This document shows, piece after piece, positions 9,855-18,699 of a stretch of 64,000 nucleotides of DNA. This stretch comes from Candidatus Poribacteria bacterium. GTDB taxonomy: Bacteria; Poribacteria; WGA-4E; PCPOR2b. Within the stretch, counting starts at the first letter, position 1; each line of letters begins with the position of its first letter. The translations under genes were made by a program, and so were the position numbers. The DNA lies in assembly GCA_965215015.1 (NCBI GenBank), contig OZ244042.1:864001-928000 (forward strand). The letters are read 5' to 3'. The notes beneath the pieces are model-generated. The model did not search any database and was not told the DNA's origin. It saw nothing but the letters and a program-made list of their open reading frames with translations.

Positions 9855-10697
9855 ATGATTGTAGTCACAGGAGCTGCGGGACGACTTGGTAGACGCGTCG
9901 TCCAACGCCTCATCGGAAAGGGGCATGATGTATTAGGAACAGACTGTGTGCCGTACAATGAGGCACCATCACCGTTTGTTCAGGCGGATCTCTGTAACGC
10001 CGAGAAGGCGACGGAACTGTTGACGAATGCAGAGGCGGTTATTCACATGGGTGCGATTCCGGGACCCAGGAGTGATACCCCACATGAGATTTCCGAGAAC
10101 AACGTCCAGAGTACATTCAATGTCCTCTGGGCAGCGGCGGAGAAAAAACTCCGTCGGGTGGTGTTCTCCTCCAGTGCTTTTGCTATGGGCTGGGCACACG
10201 ATCCGCGCGCTTTTGTGCCGCTGTATCTCCCCCTCGATGAGGAACACCCGATGATGCCATTTGAACCGTATGGATTGTCGAAGCAAATCGGTGAGTGCAT
10301 CGGCGAGATGGTTGCCCGAAGTTCGACGACCTCTGTAGCAAGTCTCCGCTTCACGAATGTTGTTCCGCCAGAGCGGCAGATCGAGTTCCCCTTGCCCGCA
10401 CCCACACCCGACAATCCGACCACGCTGGTAATGTGGGCGTATGCTGATCCCCGCGACGTAGCGGATGCCCATGTGCTGGCACTTGAGGCGGACCTGAAGG
10501 GCCACGAACCATTTGTGCTCGCCCAACCGACCACTCGATTCCGTGAACCGACGACCGAGTTGATTAAGCAAAATTTCGGAGATCGCGTCGAGATTCGTGA
10601 AGAGCTAAAGGGCAACGCAAGTGTCATCAGTACAGAAAAGGCGCGACGGATGCTTGGTTTCAAACCGAGGCCAGGTTGGAATCAGCACTGTTACTAG
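9855..10697 (+). CDS. NAD-dependent epimerase/dehydratase
   Basis: VTGAAGRLG, FSSS, YGLSK, SLRF. Confidence 0.9.
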   Translation: MIVVTGAAGRLGRRVVQRLIGKGHDVLGTDCVPYNEAPSPFVQADLCNAEKATELLTNAEAVIHMGAIPGPRSDTPHEISENNVQSTFNVLWAAAEKKLRRVVFSSSAFAMGWAHDPRAFVPLYLPLDEEHPMMPFEPYGLSKQIGECIGEMVARSSTTSVASLRFTNVVPPERQIEFPLPAPTPDNPTTLVMWAYADPRDVADAHVLALEADLKGHEPFVLAQPTTRFREPTTELIKQNFGDRVEIREELKGNASVISTEKARRMLGFKPRPGWNQHCY

Positions 10698-10895
10698 ACT
10701 TTCTGAGAAGCCCTTTACGATGAGGGGCATCTGCCACTTAATAGCTAGCATGAAGCGTACCTCCCTGACAGATCGGGTCAGACTGGGAAACGAGCACTAC
10801 CCATTTTCCACGCTTTAGGTGTGGAGACGGTTGTTGCGAGGCTTCCCGCGAGTTATGTGATAGCACATTTTTTAGTACCTTAATGTTTATAGAGA

Positions 10896-11078
10896 TAGGA
10901 CTTACGCATTTCAGTAGGGAAACCATCGGTGTTCCCTACGAACGCCTTATGGAGTCTCTGTTGTAGTTGTCCGATCCATCGGGTGTTAGGAAGGGTAGCC
11001 AGCGGCGATAAATCGCCGAACTACAAGCCAAAGACTTTCGGAACGAAGGCTTCAAAGCGTTCAACTGCCTAAGTCCTA
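10896..11078. mobile_element. MITE-like element with TAGGACTTACGCA terminal inverted repeats and internal REP-like hairpins
   Basis: taggacttacgca ... tgcctaagtccta; internal gtagggaa...ttccctac and cggcgataaatcgccg hairpins. Confidence 0.7.
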
Positions 11079-11092
11079 AGAGAGATAGCGCG

Positions 11093-11914
11093 ATGAATGA
11101 GCACGAGAAATATCTTTTTGATCTCAACGGTTATCTAGTTGTCAAGAATGTCTTAACCCCCGATGAAGTGGCGTTGTGCAATGAGGCGATTGAGCACCAT
11201 GCGGGTGCTATCCGTGAGCGAGGCGGTGAACTTTCGTTGTCAGGGGGTTCCAAAACCTTGGAAGGCATCACTGGACGCGGCGACCTCGGCGGAATGTTGA
11301 GCTGGGAAAAACCTTGGTGCGAACCGTTCCGGAATATGCTTGCCCACCCAAAAATCGTGCCGTATCTGCACGGTATCTTGGGAAAAGGGTTCCGCATGGA
11401 TCACAATCCCGGTCTGATCACCATGCGCAAGGGAGCGGAAGGGCATGTGTTCCACGGTTCCTCCGGTCCCGGCTTCGACCCACATCAGTATTACATTTTC
11501 AAAGACGGAAGGATGCATTGTGGATTAACCGTCGTGGCGTGGCAACTTGCTGATGTCAATCCGGGCGACGGCGGGCTTTGCCTGATTCCGGGGAGCCATA
11601 AGTGTAACTTTGCTTGCCCTCCTGAAATGAAACGCTATGAGATGTATCAGGCGCATATTCGGCAGATTACGGGCAAAGCCGGCGACGTTGTTATTTTCAC
11701 GGAAGCCACCACACATGGAACGTTGCCTTGGAAGGCAGACCATCAACGACGCTCTGTACTTTTCCGATACTCACCGGGAAATCTGGCTTATGCCAAAGGT
11801 TACTTTCCTACTTGGCCCCGGTCAATGCTTGAAGGATTGACGCCAGAACAGAGAGCGGTACTGGAACCCCCTTATCACACACGGCTACACCGTCCGGTTC
11901 TGGAGGAGGTTTAA
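11093..11914 (+). CDS. phytanoyl-CoA dioxygenase (PhyH) family protein
   Basis: YLFDLNGY, FHG, GGLCLIPGSHK, KAGDVVIF...THGT. Confidence 0.88.
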   Translation: MNEHEKYLFDLNGYLVVKNVLTPDEVALCNEAIEHHAGAIRERGGELSLSGGSKTLEGITGRGDLGGMLSWEKPWCEPFRNMLAHPKIVPYLHGILGKGFRMDHNPGLITMRKGAEGHVFHGSSGPGFDPHQYYIFKDGRMHCGLTVVAWQLADVNPGDGGLCLIPGSHKCNFACPPEMKRYEMYQAHIRQITGKAGDVVIFTEATTHGTLPWKADHQRRSVLFRYSPGNLAYAKGYFPTWPRSMLEGLTPEQRAVLEPPYHTRLHRPVLEEV

Positions 11915-11991
11915 CTATCTCCTCATTGACTACCTTTTGATGATAACACCAAAATTGTCGAACATCTCTCACGTCTCGAGAAGCAGATCGA

Positions 11992-12879
11992 CTATTCGGT
12001 GAATTCATCGTGAACCGCTTTGGAAACAGCAGCGAGACCGGCATCTACCTCCAGTCGATCTCCAGCCGTCATCTGTTTTGCCATAATCGCCAAAGTGTAT
12101 GGGCCCGTGGAGGAAAATACAATTCCGACATCACATCGGACGCTGTGATAGCTGCCTGTTTTGTGAGCAACCACCGTTCCTGCAGGAAGCGCGTACGGAA
12201 TAACCGTGCTAAGCTGCTGACGCTTGAGGATATCCAAGACCGCCTCACGGGACTGAGGTGAAAGGATATCCCCATCGTAGATTAGCTCCAACAAGCGGCA
12301 CATATCGTTGGGCGACGACACGTCGGACTTATCTTCGGAGAAACCATCAGCTTCTAAGACAAACTCCCGTTTTTTTAAACGATCCGACGCGGACTGATAG
12401 GTATGCGCGGGGTTTTCCACGTCAAGTCCAGTGATGCTGTAGAGCAGTTCCCGACACGTCATCGGAATGTGCGTATGGGTCAACCCCAACTGCCGCATCG
12501 TGTTGTTAATATTGTCCCCACCAACTCGGTTGTAAAGTATATCGGTGGCACTGTTATCGCTGATGATAATCATAAGCACCCCCAAGTCGTGAACTGTCGG
12601 CTGAAGTCCAGATGCAAGCTCCTTGAGGACGCCAGATCCAGGCACCCGTAAAGCGTCGGTTAGGTCAATACGTTGGTTCACGTCAATAATGCCCGCATCA
12701 ACCTGTCGGTATAACTCTACCAACAGCGGCACCTTCAGCGTACTCGCTGTGAAGAATACTGTGTCGGCGTTATGGGACACGCACTTGTCTGCCTCTAGAT
12801 GTTTTGCGGCAACCCCGACAATCCCACCTGTTTGAGCCGTAAAATCTTGGATTGTAGACATCACGCCTGATTCAGCCAT
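11992..12879 (-). CDS. class A beta-lactamase-like serine hydrolase
   Basis: SxxK (ASTLK), SDN and HKTG motifs; no signal peptide. Confidence 0.88.
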   Translation of the reverse strand: MAESGVMSTIQDFTAQTGGIVGVAAKHLEADKCVSHNADTVFFTASTLKVPLLVELYRQVDAGIIDVNQRIDLTDALRVPGSGVLKELASGLQPTVHDLGVLMIIISDNSATDILYNRVGGDNINNTMRQLGLTHTHIPMTCRELLYSITGLDVENPAHTYQSASDRLKKREFVLEADGFSEDKSDVSSPNDMCRLLELIYDGDILSPQSREAVLDILKRQQLSTVIPYALPAGTVVAHKTGSYHSVRCDVGIVFSSTGPYTLAIMAKQMTAGDRLEVDAGLAAVSKAVHDEFTE

Positions 12880-12931
12880 TTTAGTCCTCCATTCATTTAC
12901 TTTCTAGGGAAAGGTGAGCGTTGGTCTTTAC

Positions 12932-13666
12932 CTAAAACCGTTCCAGTAGCAATTTGGTAATTGGATTAGGACGACTGTAGTATTTCCGCGTGGCTTCGTC
13001 CTTTCTTTCCGAAAGCCGGCGGGGAAAAATGGTATAATTGCTCAAGTAACGATCTGTTGTACGACCACAGTAGAGGTGAATGGTCCGACGTTCTGCGGGC
13101 GTCTGCCGGACGTTGCCGGCGTGGAACATTATCGCGTTAAACAGGACAGCAGTACCAGCAGCACCGGTGATATGATGTGCTTGCGTGAGGTCATAAGTGT
13201 CGAGGGGCTGCTCTCTAGTATGTCCCGAACCGGGCAAGACGCTAAAGGTATGCATCGTATCGTCTACATCGCTCAGGTAGAAGACAACGGATATATATGG
13301 GGTGGAGTGGGGGATTTCACTCGATCCACTACCGACATCGCGGTGCCAACGGCAGTTGGTGGGACCATCAAGATTAGGGCGACGAATGCGCACCGAATGT
13401 TCTTCCGCACATAAATCCGGTCCCATAATCGCTTCTAGCAAGGGCAACAACCGCGGTGGACGCATGGTGAAGTCAATTTCCGGGTGCGTCATTAGCAGAT
13501 GGACATTGAGTTGGTAGTGCCCGTCTTCCCGTTCAAACCACATCGCTGGATTCTCGACGAGATCGCGATCTATGATTTCGTTGATGGTACGAACCTCGTC
13601 GGTAGATAAGGCATCAGGGACGACAACGTAATCGTTTTCCTGATAAAATTCTAATGAATCTTTCAT
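12932..13666 (-). CDS. phytanoyl-CoA dioxygenase (PhyH) family protein
   Basis: WHRD (HxD), VLPGS, AGTAVLF, FHAG, RRT. Confidence 0.85.
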   Translation of the reverse strand: MKDSLEFYQENDYVVVPDALSTDEVRTINEIIDRDLVENPAMWFEREDGHYQLNVHLLMTHPEIDFTMRPPRLLPLLEAIMGPDLCAEEHSVRIRRPNLDGPTNCRWHRDVGSGSSEIPHSTPYISVVFYLSDVDDTMHTFSVLPGSGHTREQPLDTYDLTQAHHITGAAGTAVLFNAIMFHAGNVRQTPAERRTIHLYCGRTTDRYLSNYTIFPRRLSERKDEATRKYYSRPNPITKLLLERF

Positions 13667-13723
13667 AGGATTGCTCCTTAATTGACGCACAGCTGCAATC
13701 ATCAATCACAACAAGGAAACGAA

Positions 13724-14563
13724 ATGAACCAAGAACATATTAAACGCTGGCAGACGGAATTTGAAACAGCAGATACAGAGACAGTTCGACAAATGCTCGC
13801 GGAGACCCCGGAACTCGTAAATGTGAAAGTGAATCACACATCACCAACTGGGAAGATCAGGCAGTGGGGACCGCTCTTCAGCGCAAGCATCAACATCAAA
13901 AGTCTCAATAAAGTCAAGGCACTTGTAGAGGCAGGTGCGGACGTAAACAACAGCGACCTTGGAACGCATTGGCCAAGCAATGATTACGAGATTAACCGGT
14001 ATCTCCTTGGTCAAGGCACGGATATCAACCAACCGTGCTATCTTGGGTTTCATGCTGTCGGCGTCACCAATTTCGACTCCTTTCTGCTCATGGTGGAAAA
14101 TGGACTGGATCCGAATTTCGCCTGGCCCTATAACGGCGAAACTTTGCTCCATGTGCAGGCACGCCACGATGATAATACCCATCTCGCTCAAGCCTATATT
14201 CTGATTAAAGCGGGTGCAGATGTCAACCCACAGGCACTGAGTGGACTTGATGACGAACCCATCATGGATAACGAGCATTTCGTAAAATACGGCAAGGAAA
14301 CACCGTTACATTTTGCCGCCCGGTTGGGCAATTTACGGATGGTTCGGCTGCTGCTTGAGCACGGTGCTGATCCGTCGGTCAAAACAATCAGCCAAATGAG
14401 TGATCCGAAGCAGTTTACCGAATGGAGGAGTGAAGTTACATCGCTGATCTGGCCTCTACGAGAATTCAAACGGGTGCTGTTTCAACCCTATGAAGGAGAG
14501 ACACCTCTGGATATGGCGTTGCGCGAGGGAAATGGGGAAATTGTCAATATACTCAAGCAATAA
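13724..14563 (+). CDS. ankyrin repeat protein
   Basis: GETLLH, ETPLHFAARLG...LLEHGAD, GETPLDMA. Confidence 0.85.
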   Translation: MNQEHIKRWQTEFETADTETVRQMLAETPELVNVKVNHTSPTGKIRQWGPLFSASINIKSLNKVKALVEAGADVNNSDLGTHWPSNDYEINRYLLGQGTDINQPCYLGFHAVGVTNFDSFLLMVENGLDPNFAWPYNGETLLHVQARHDDNTHLAQAYILIKAGADVNPQALSGLDDEPIMDNEHFVKYGKETPLHFAARLGNLRMVRLLLEHGADPSVKTISQMSDPKQFTEWRSEVTSLIWPLREFKRVLFQPYEGETPLDMALREGNGEIVNILKQ

Positions 14564-14609
14564 TGGCAAATGAGTCCATCGAACCTATCCAACTTCTGAA
14601 CAAGAAAGA

Positions 14610-16835
14610 CTAGTATTCTGAGCCGTATTGGCGGAGGATTTCAATGATTCTGGTTCTGCCGGTGTTTACCTTTTCTACATCTACTTTTATTTCCAACAAC
14701 TTTACGATAAACTTAGTAATCTCCCAGTCCACCATCAAGACATCAAGCGGGGTTTCGCCCTTGTAGTTTGCTGGGTTGACATCTGCGCCCTTCTGAATCA
14801 GCAGTTCGGCGATTTCGGCGCGGCCAAGAAACGCTGCACTGTGCAACGGCGTACTACCATCTCGACTCTTCACATTGACATCCGCACCATTCTCGATTAA
14901 AAATTTAGCGATTTTTACCTCGTCCAGAAGGGCCGCCCACGACAAGGCGGTTACTCCGAATTCATTATCCCAAGTATTGACATCTGTCCCCTTAGCCAAT
15001 AACTCCTTGACGGCTCGGAAATCGCCATTTCTGATTGCACCGCATAGCGCATCCTCCTCACTTTCTATGTTTGTCGTGGCACCGTGTTGACGGAACAGTT
15101 TGACAACCTTGGCTCTGCCAACCTCTACCTTTTCTCTATCCACCCTTATCTTTAAAAATCCAGCAATGAAACGAGTGGTCTCCCAATCCGCTGTCGTCGC
15201 ATCCCACGGTGTACCGCCATCCCAATTCTTGGTATTGATATTCGCATCGTTTTCAAGCAGCAGCTTCGCCGTTTCATATTGGCCGAGAAACGCTGCACTA
15301 TGCAACGGTGTCCCACCATCCCGATTCCTCGCATTGACATCTGCACCCGCCTCAAGCAGCAGCGCGACAATCTCAGTATGACCGAATAACGCAGCCGATG
15401 ATAAGGCTGTCGAACCGAATGTACTATCCTTGGCATTGATATCTACGCCTTGAGCCAAGTGTTGTTTGACTGCTTTGATGTTTCCGGTTGCGGAAGCACT
15501 CCAAATATCGTTTCTGGGGGGGGTTGCCCGTCCCTTGTCCCAATCATCTCCCCGCGTAACGAATGGCTCACTTGGAACCGCTCTCCACTCCGGCATTCCG
15601 TCTGCAATCTCCCTTATTATATCCGCGCGCCGTTCACGGATGAATCTTCGTGTCTCTTGCAGTGCTAGTGTACGGAGGTAAGTTTTTCGCTCGTCCTTAT
15701 CGCCAAAGAAGCGTTGGGCATCGCCCAAGTGCGGTTCGACCATCGCGTCGATCCGGTCAACTTCGGCTAACAATTCCGTTTCATTCCAATGATTTTCAAG
15801 AATACCCATCATTGTTTTGGCGTAACGTTCTCGACTGGATTTTTGTTGATAAAGCTTATGGGTGAGTAAGCCTTGGGTCTTCACTGAGATAGGTGCACCG
15901 GCTTTGTTACGACGTCGGAGCTGACTAAAGAGCGAATCAGCCCCCCAAGGTAAGAAGTGAAATTTGTCGGTACCCGGGTTGAGGTAGATGAAAAAGTTGT
16001 TGTTGTTGCCGGAGTACCCATCCCAAAAATCGAGCAACCCCTCCACCGCCCAAAATGTGTAGAACGTATTAAGGTCAACTAATTCACCGATTGCACCCTC
16101 GATGTTTTTGCTATCACCTTCGAGAACCTCAATGAGCCGCTGGATCTTCTCCCGTCCCGGCGCGTCATTACCGGTTTTGTGCTCGAAACTGCCCGCCCAA
16201 CCTTCGTAAAAATCAACGTAGGGACCTTCGTAAAGGGTGCCGTCGTCAGTGCCGAAGGCGCGTCTGAGAAATAATTTGCGAACCGTTTCCACATGTGAAT
16301 AGACACCGAGGTTCACCCCATTGACCGTCACCCTCGCATACGCACATCGGGGTGCAGGCGAACCGGCAGCATTAAATACGGCATAGCCTATGAATTGGCT
16401 CACTAAACTGACGTCCTGATGGTTGTTGTTGAGCGTTAGGTTGGTCAAGCCCTCAATGCCGGCACCCTTGTCGGTGTGGTTCAACTTGATTTTTAGCGAA
16501 GGGCGAGTGGTACTTTGCGAACCGAGGAACCCTTTTTTCCGCAGTCCAACGTGGGGAAATACCACGCCATCAATCGTTACGCTTGCATCAACGTAGGTGT
16601 AAGGTGCCTCAGGTGGTGCGCCTTTGCGGCTTTCGTGCAGTGCTAAGAAAAAATCCCGTGACTGATAACGAATTGTATCCCAATCCTCTTCTGCGACAGT
16701 GATTTGCACATCCAGCACCCGATCGGTCGGGAAGATGTCGTCTAAGATTAATTCTTTGGCTACCACACTTACGGCAACCCAAAAACAGAGTACTATCACT
16801 AATCCAATATTCAATGTCGTTTGACCTAATTTCAT
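14610..16835 (-). CDS. secreted CotH kinase-family protein fused to C-terminal ankyrin repeats
   Basis: Signal peptide; GLRKKG, RPSLK, DGTLYEG, WDGY..NNNNF, FLPWGAD; two ankyrin blocks (GGTPLHSAAFLG, GSTPLHSAAFLG). Confidence 0.88.
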   Translation of the reverse strand: MKLGQTTLNIGLVIVLCFWVAVSVVAKELILDDIFPTDRVLDVQITVAEEDWDTIRYQSRDFFLALHESRKGAPPEAPYTYVDASVTIDGVVFPHVGLRKKGFLGSQSTTRPSLKIKLNHTDKGAGIEGLTNLTLNNNHQDVSLVSQFIGYAVFNAAGSPAPRCAYARVTVNGVNLGVYSHVETVRKLFLRRAFGTDDGTLYEGPYVDFYEGWAGSFEHKTGNDAPGREKIQRLIEVLEGDSKNIEGAIGELVDLNTFYTFWAVEGLLDFWDGYSGNNNNFFIYLNPGTDKFHFLPWGADSLFSQLRRRNKAGAPISVKTQGLLTHKLYQQKSSRERYAKTMMGILENHWNETELLAEVDRIDAMVEPHLGDAQRFFGDKDERKTYLRTLALQETRRFIRERRADIIREIADGMPEWRAVPSEPFVTRGDDWDKGRATPPRNDIWSASATGNIKAVKQHLAQGVDINAKDSTFGSTALSSAALFGHTEIVALLLEAGADVNARNRDGGTPLHSAAFLGQYETAKLLLENDANINTKNWDGGTPWDATTADWETTRFIAGFLKIRVDREKVEVGRAKVVKLFRQHGATTNIESEEDALCGAIRNGDFRAVKELLAKGTDVNTWDNEFGVTALSWAALLDEVKIAKFLIENGADVNVKSRDGSTPLHSAAFLGRAEIAELLIQKGADVNPANYKGETPLDVLMVDWEITKFIVKLLEIKVDVEKVNTGRTRIIEILRQYGSEY

Positions 16836-17341
16836 TCCTTTTTGATCCTTTCTGAACGCCCACTATGTTGACGCAATCCATCCAAAGCGCGAAACCATCG
16901 GAATCGCATAGCCTTTTCTTGCTTACAGGCGGTATATAGTAGCATAGTTCAATTTGCAGATCAATAGGAAACCTGTAGCTACGATTAGATTTCGATTCTG
17001 GTATGCCAAAGTCATAGGCATACGCCATCGGAAGTAGGACATGATTTTCGTGATCGAAGTGCGTAAGTCCTACATACTATTTACATGAGGGGTGCTCATA
17101 ATTATTGTCTGAATCGCGGATTCAGCAAATGGCACCGATGATTGTCTGAATCAGGAAACTCAGGATTAAAGGATTCACAAGATATCCAGTAACGCAGCAC
17201 AGGCTTACAATCCAATCTATCGGGGAGAAAGAGAAAAGTGGAATCGCGTGAATCAGTGAGCGTAGTCACTTGAAAAATCGGTACGCTCCTTCCGCTGCTC
17301 CTTTCAGTTTTTTATTCAGAGCGACACACATAAAAACCTAT

Positions 17342-17699
17342 TAGGACTTACGCAGTTGAACGTTCAAACCCAACACCAAAAAAGGTCGCGCAATGTTTAT
17401 GGTTGGTTGAGCCAGGATTATGGCGCAATAGTCATGGTATCCTCGGTGACTCATCAAATACCAAGTGTATCACTCGACAGTGTTTGGTGAATTGAGCCGG
17501 GGGTTGTTGCACGACAGTGTTGGTATCTATACACGACTCACAACGCCCGATGAATCGGGTAACTACGATTCATCCTATAGTAGTAGGTACGCTCCGTTGT
17601 ACCGTCATTGGCACAACGGTTACAGCATACGGCGTATACCTACTCCCTTAGAGACGCGCAATGAATTGCGCTATTATAAACTCAAGCGCATAACTCCTA
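17342..17699. mobile_element. larger degenerate MITE-like element of the same family
   Basis: taggacttacgcagttg left end, gcgcataactccta right end, internal cccgatgaatcggg hairpin; a lone right end tgcgtaagtccta at 17060-17072. Confidence 0.5.
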
Positions 17700-17874
17700 A
17701 CCTACTTATGAGCACCCCTCATTTACATGCGATCGTCTTGACAATTTCCTTAAGTTTTATTATAATTATATTGTTATGTTTCTTGCTTTAGAGCCTTCCG
17801 AAAGGCTCTGAAAGTTCAACGTTCCTTTATCAATTTACGAGATCAGATTTATCAAAGCCGCTCGTTATTTTCGT

Positions 17875-17920
17875 TAAGTGTACTAGGAGGTACTGAATAA
17901 GTGTACTAGGAGGTACTGAA
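17875..17920 (+). repeat. perfect 23-bp tandem duplication containing the RBS
   Basis: TAAGTGTACTAGGAGGTACTGAA x2 immediately before ATG 17922. Confidence 0.95.
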
Positions 17921-17921
17921 A

Positions 17922-18437
17922 ATGTCATGGATAAGAGGTAAGCGAATAATTTCTCGATTGCTCATCGTGAAATTGATATTAGCACTAGGACTTTTTACGC
18001 TTTATCCTCTGGAAGTGGATGGACAGCGTGTTAGGGTTCGTGGTTATTATCGTAAAGATGGGACTTATGTGAGACCTCACTATCGGACGGCTCCCGATGG
18101 CAATCCTTATAACAACTACCCGTATCCGGGAAACTATAATCCTAACACAGGAAAAATAACGACTGGCGACCCTCTCAAGTATTTGGAGGAATATGATTCA
18201 GGTCAATCTGATCAAACTTACAATTCCCAGACTCAAATAAAAATTCCTAATGGTATAGTAGAGAATGATGGTTACTTTACAGTTGGTTCGACAATGAATG
18301 AAGTTGTTGCCGTACAGGGAACCCCTGATTCGTTCTCAGAATATAGCTTCAAGTACGGTTACTCTTCCGTCTATTTCACTAATGGACGCGTCACTAAGTG
18401 GGATAACACCAGCTTCAAACCATTGAAAGTGAGATAG
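17922..18437 (+). CDS. exported protein with a VRGYYRKDGTYVRPHYRT domain and SmpA/OmlA-like C-terminus
   Basis: Hydrophobic N-terminus, AGGAGG RBS, GSTMNEVVAVQGTP motif; AT-rich. Confidence 0.7.
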   Translation: MSWIRGKRIISRLLIVKLILALGLFTLYPLEVDGQRVRVRGYYRKDGTYVRPHYRTAPDGNPYNNYPYPGNYNPNTGKITTGDPLKYLEEYDSGQSDQTYNSQTQIKIPNGIVENDGYFTVGSTMNEVVAVQGTPDSFSEYSFKYGYSSVYFTNGRVTKWDNTSFKPLKVR

Positions 18438-18699
18438 ATAAGCCGTAGATGGCCTTTATAACAACACCAAGTTGACTAGGCCGGCATTTTTTTAGTCTGA
18501 AGCACAGACAGGTTGGTGTATCATTCCCCACCTGGCGTTTCTTTTTTGTCAGGGAAATATGCTTACTCTCACCTCTTAGGAAAGTTTCTCATACCAGTAA
18601 CATCTCAATTCCCATCAGCTCGCACTCCTTGGAAAACCGAGGGCAACTGAAATCGGCCCAGAGAGGACACATTGATAAGCTCCAACACATAATTTTCCG

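Noticed and set aside
11992-12879. Antibiotic-resistance beta-lactamase
   Set aside because: No signal peptide and no recognisable omega-loop ExxLN motif; only a family-level call is supported.
17100-17180. Short repeat attgtctgaatc x2, and gaaacgtga repeats at 7230-7380
   Set aside because: Only two or three short degenerate copies; insufficient to call an array.
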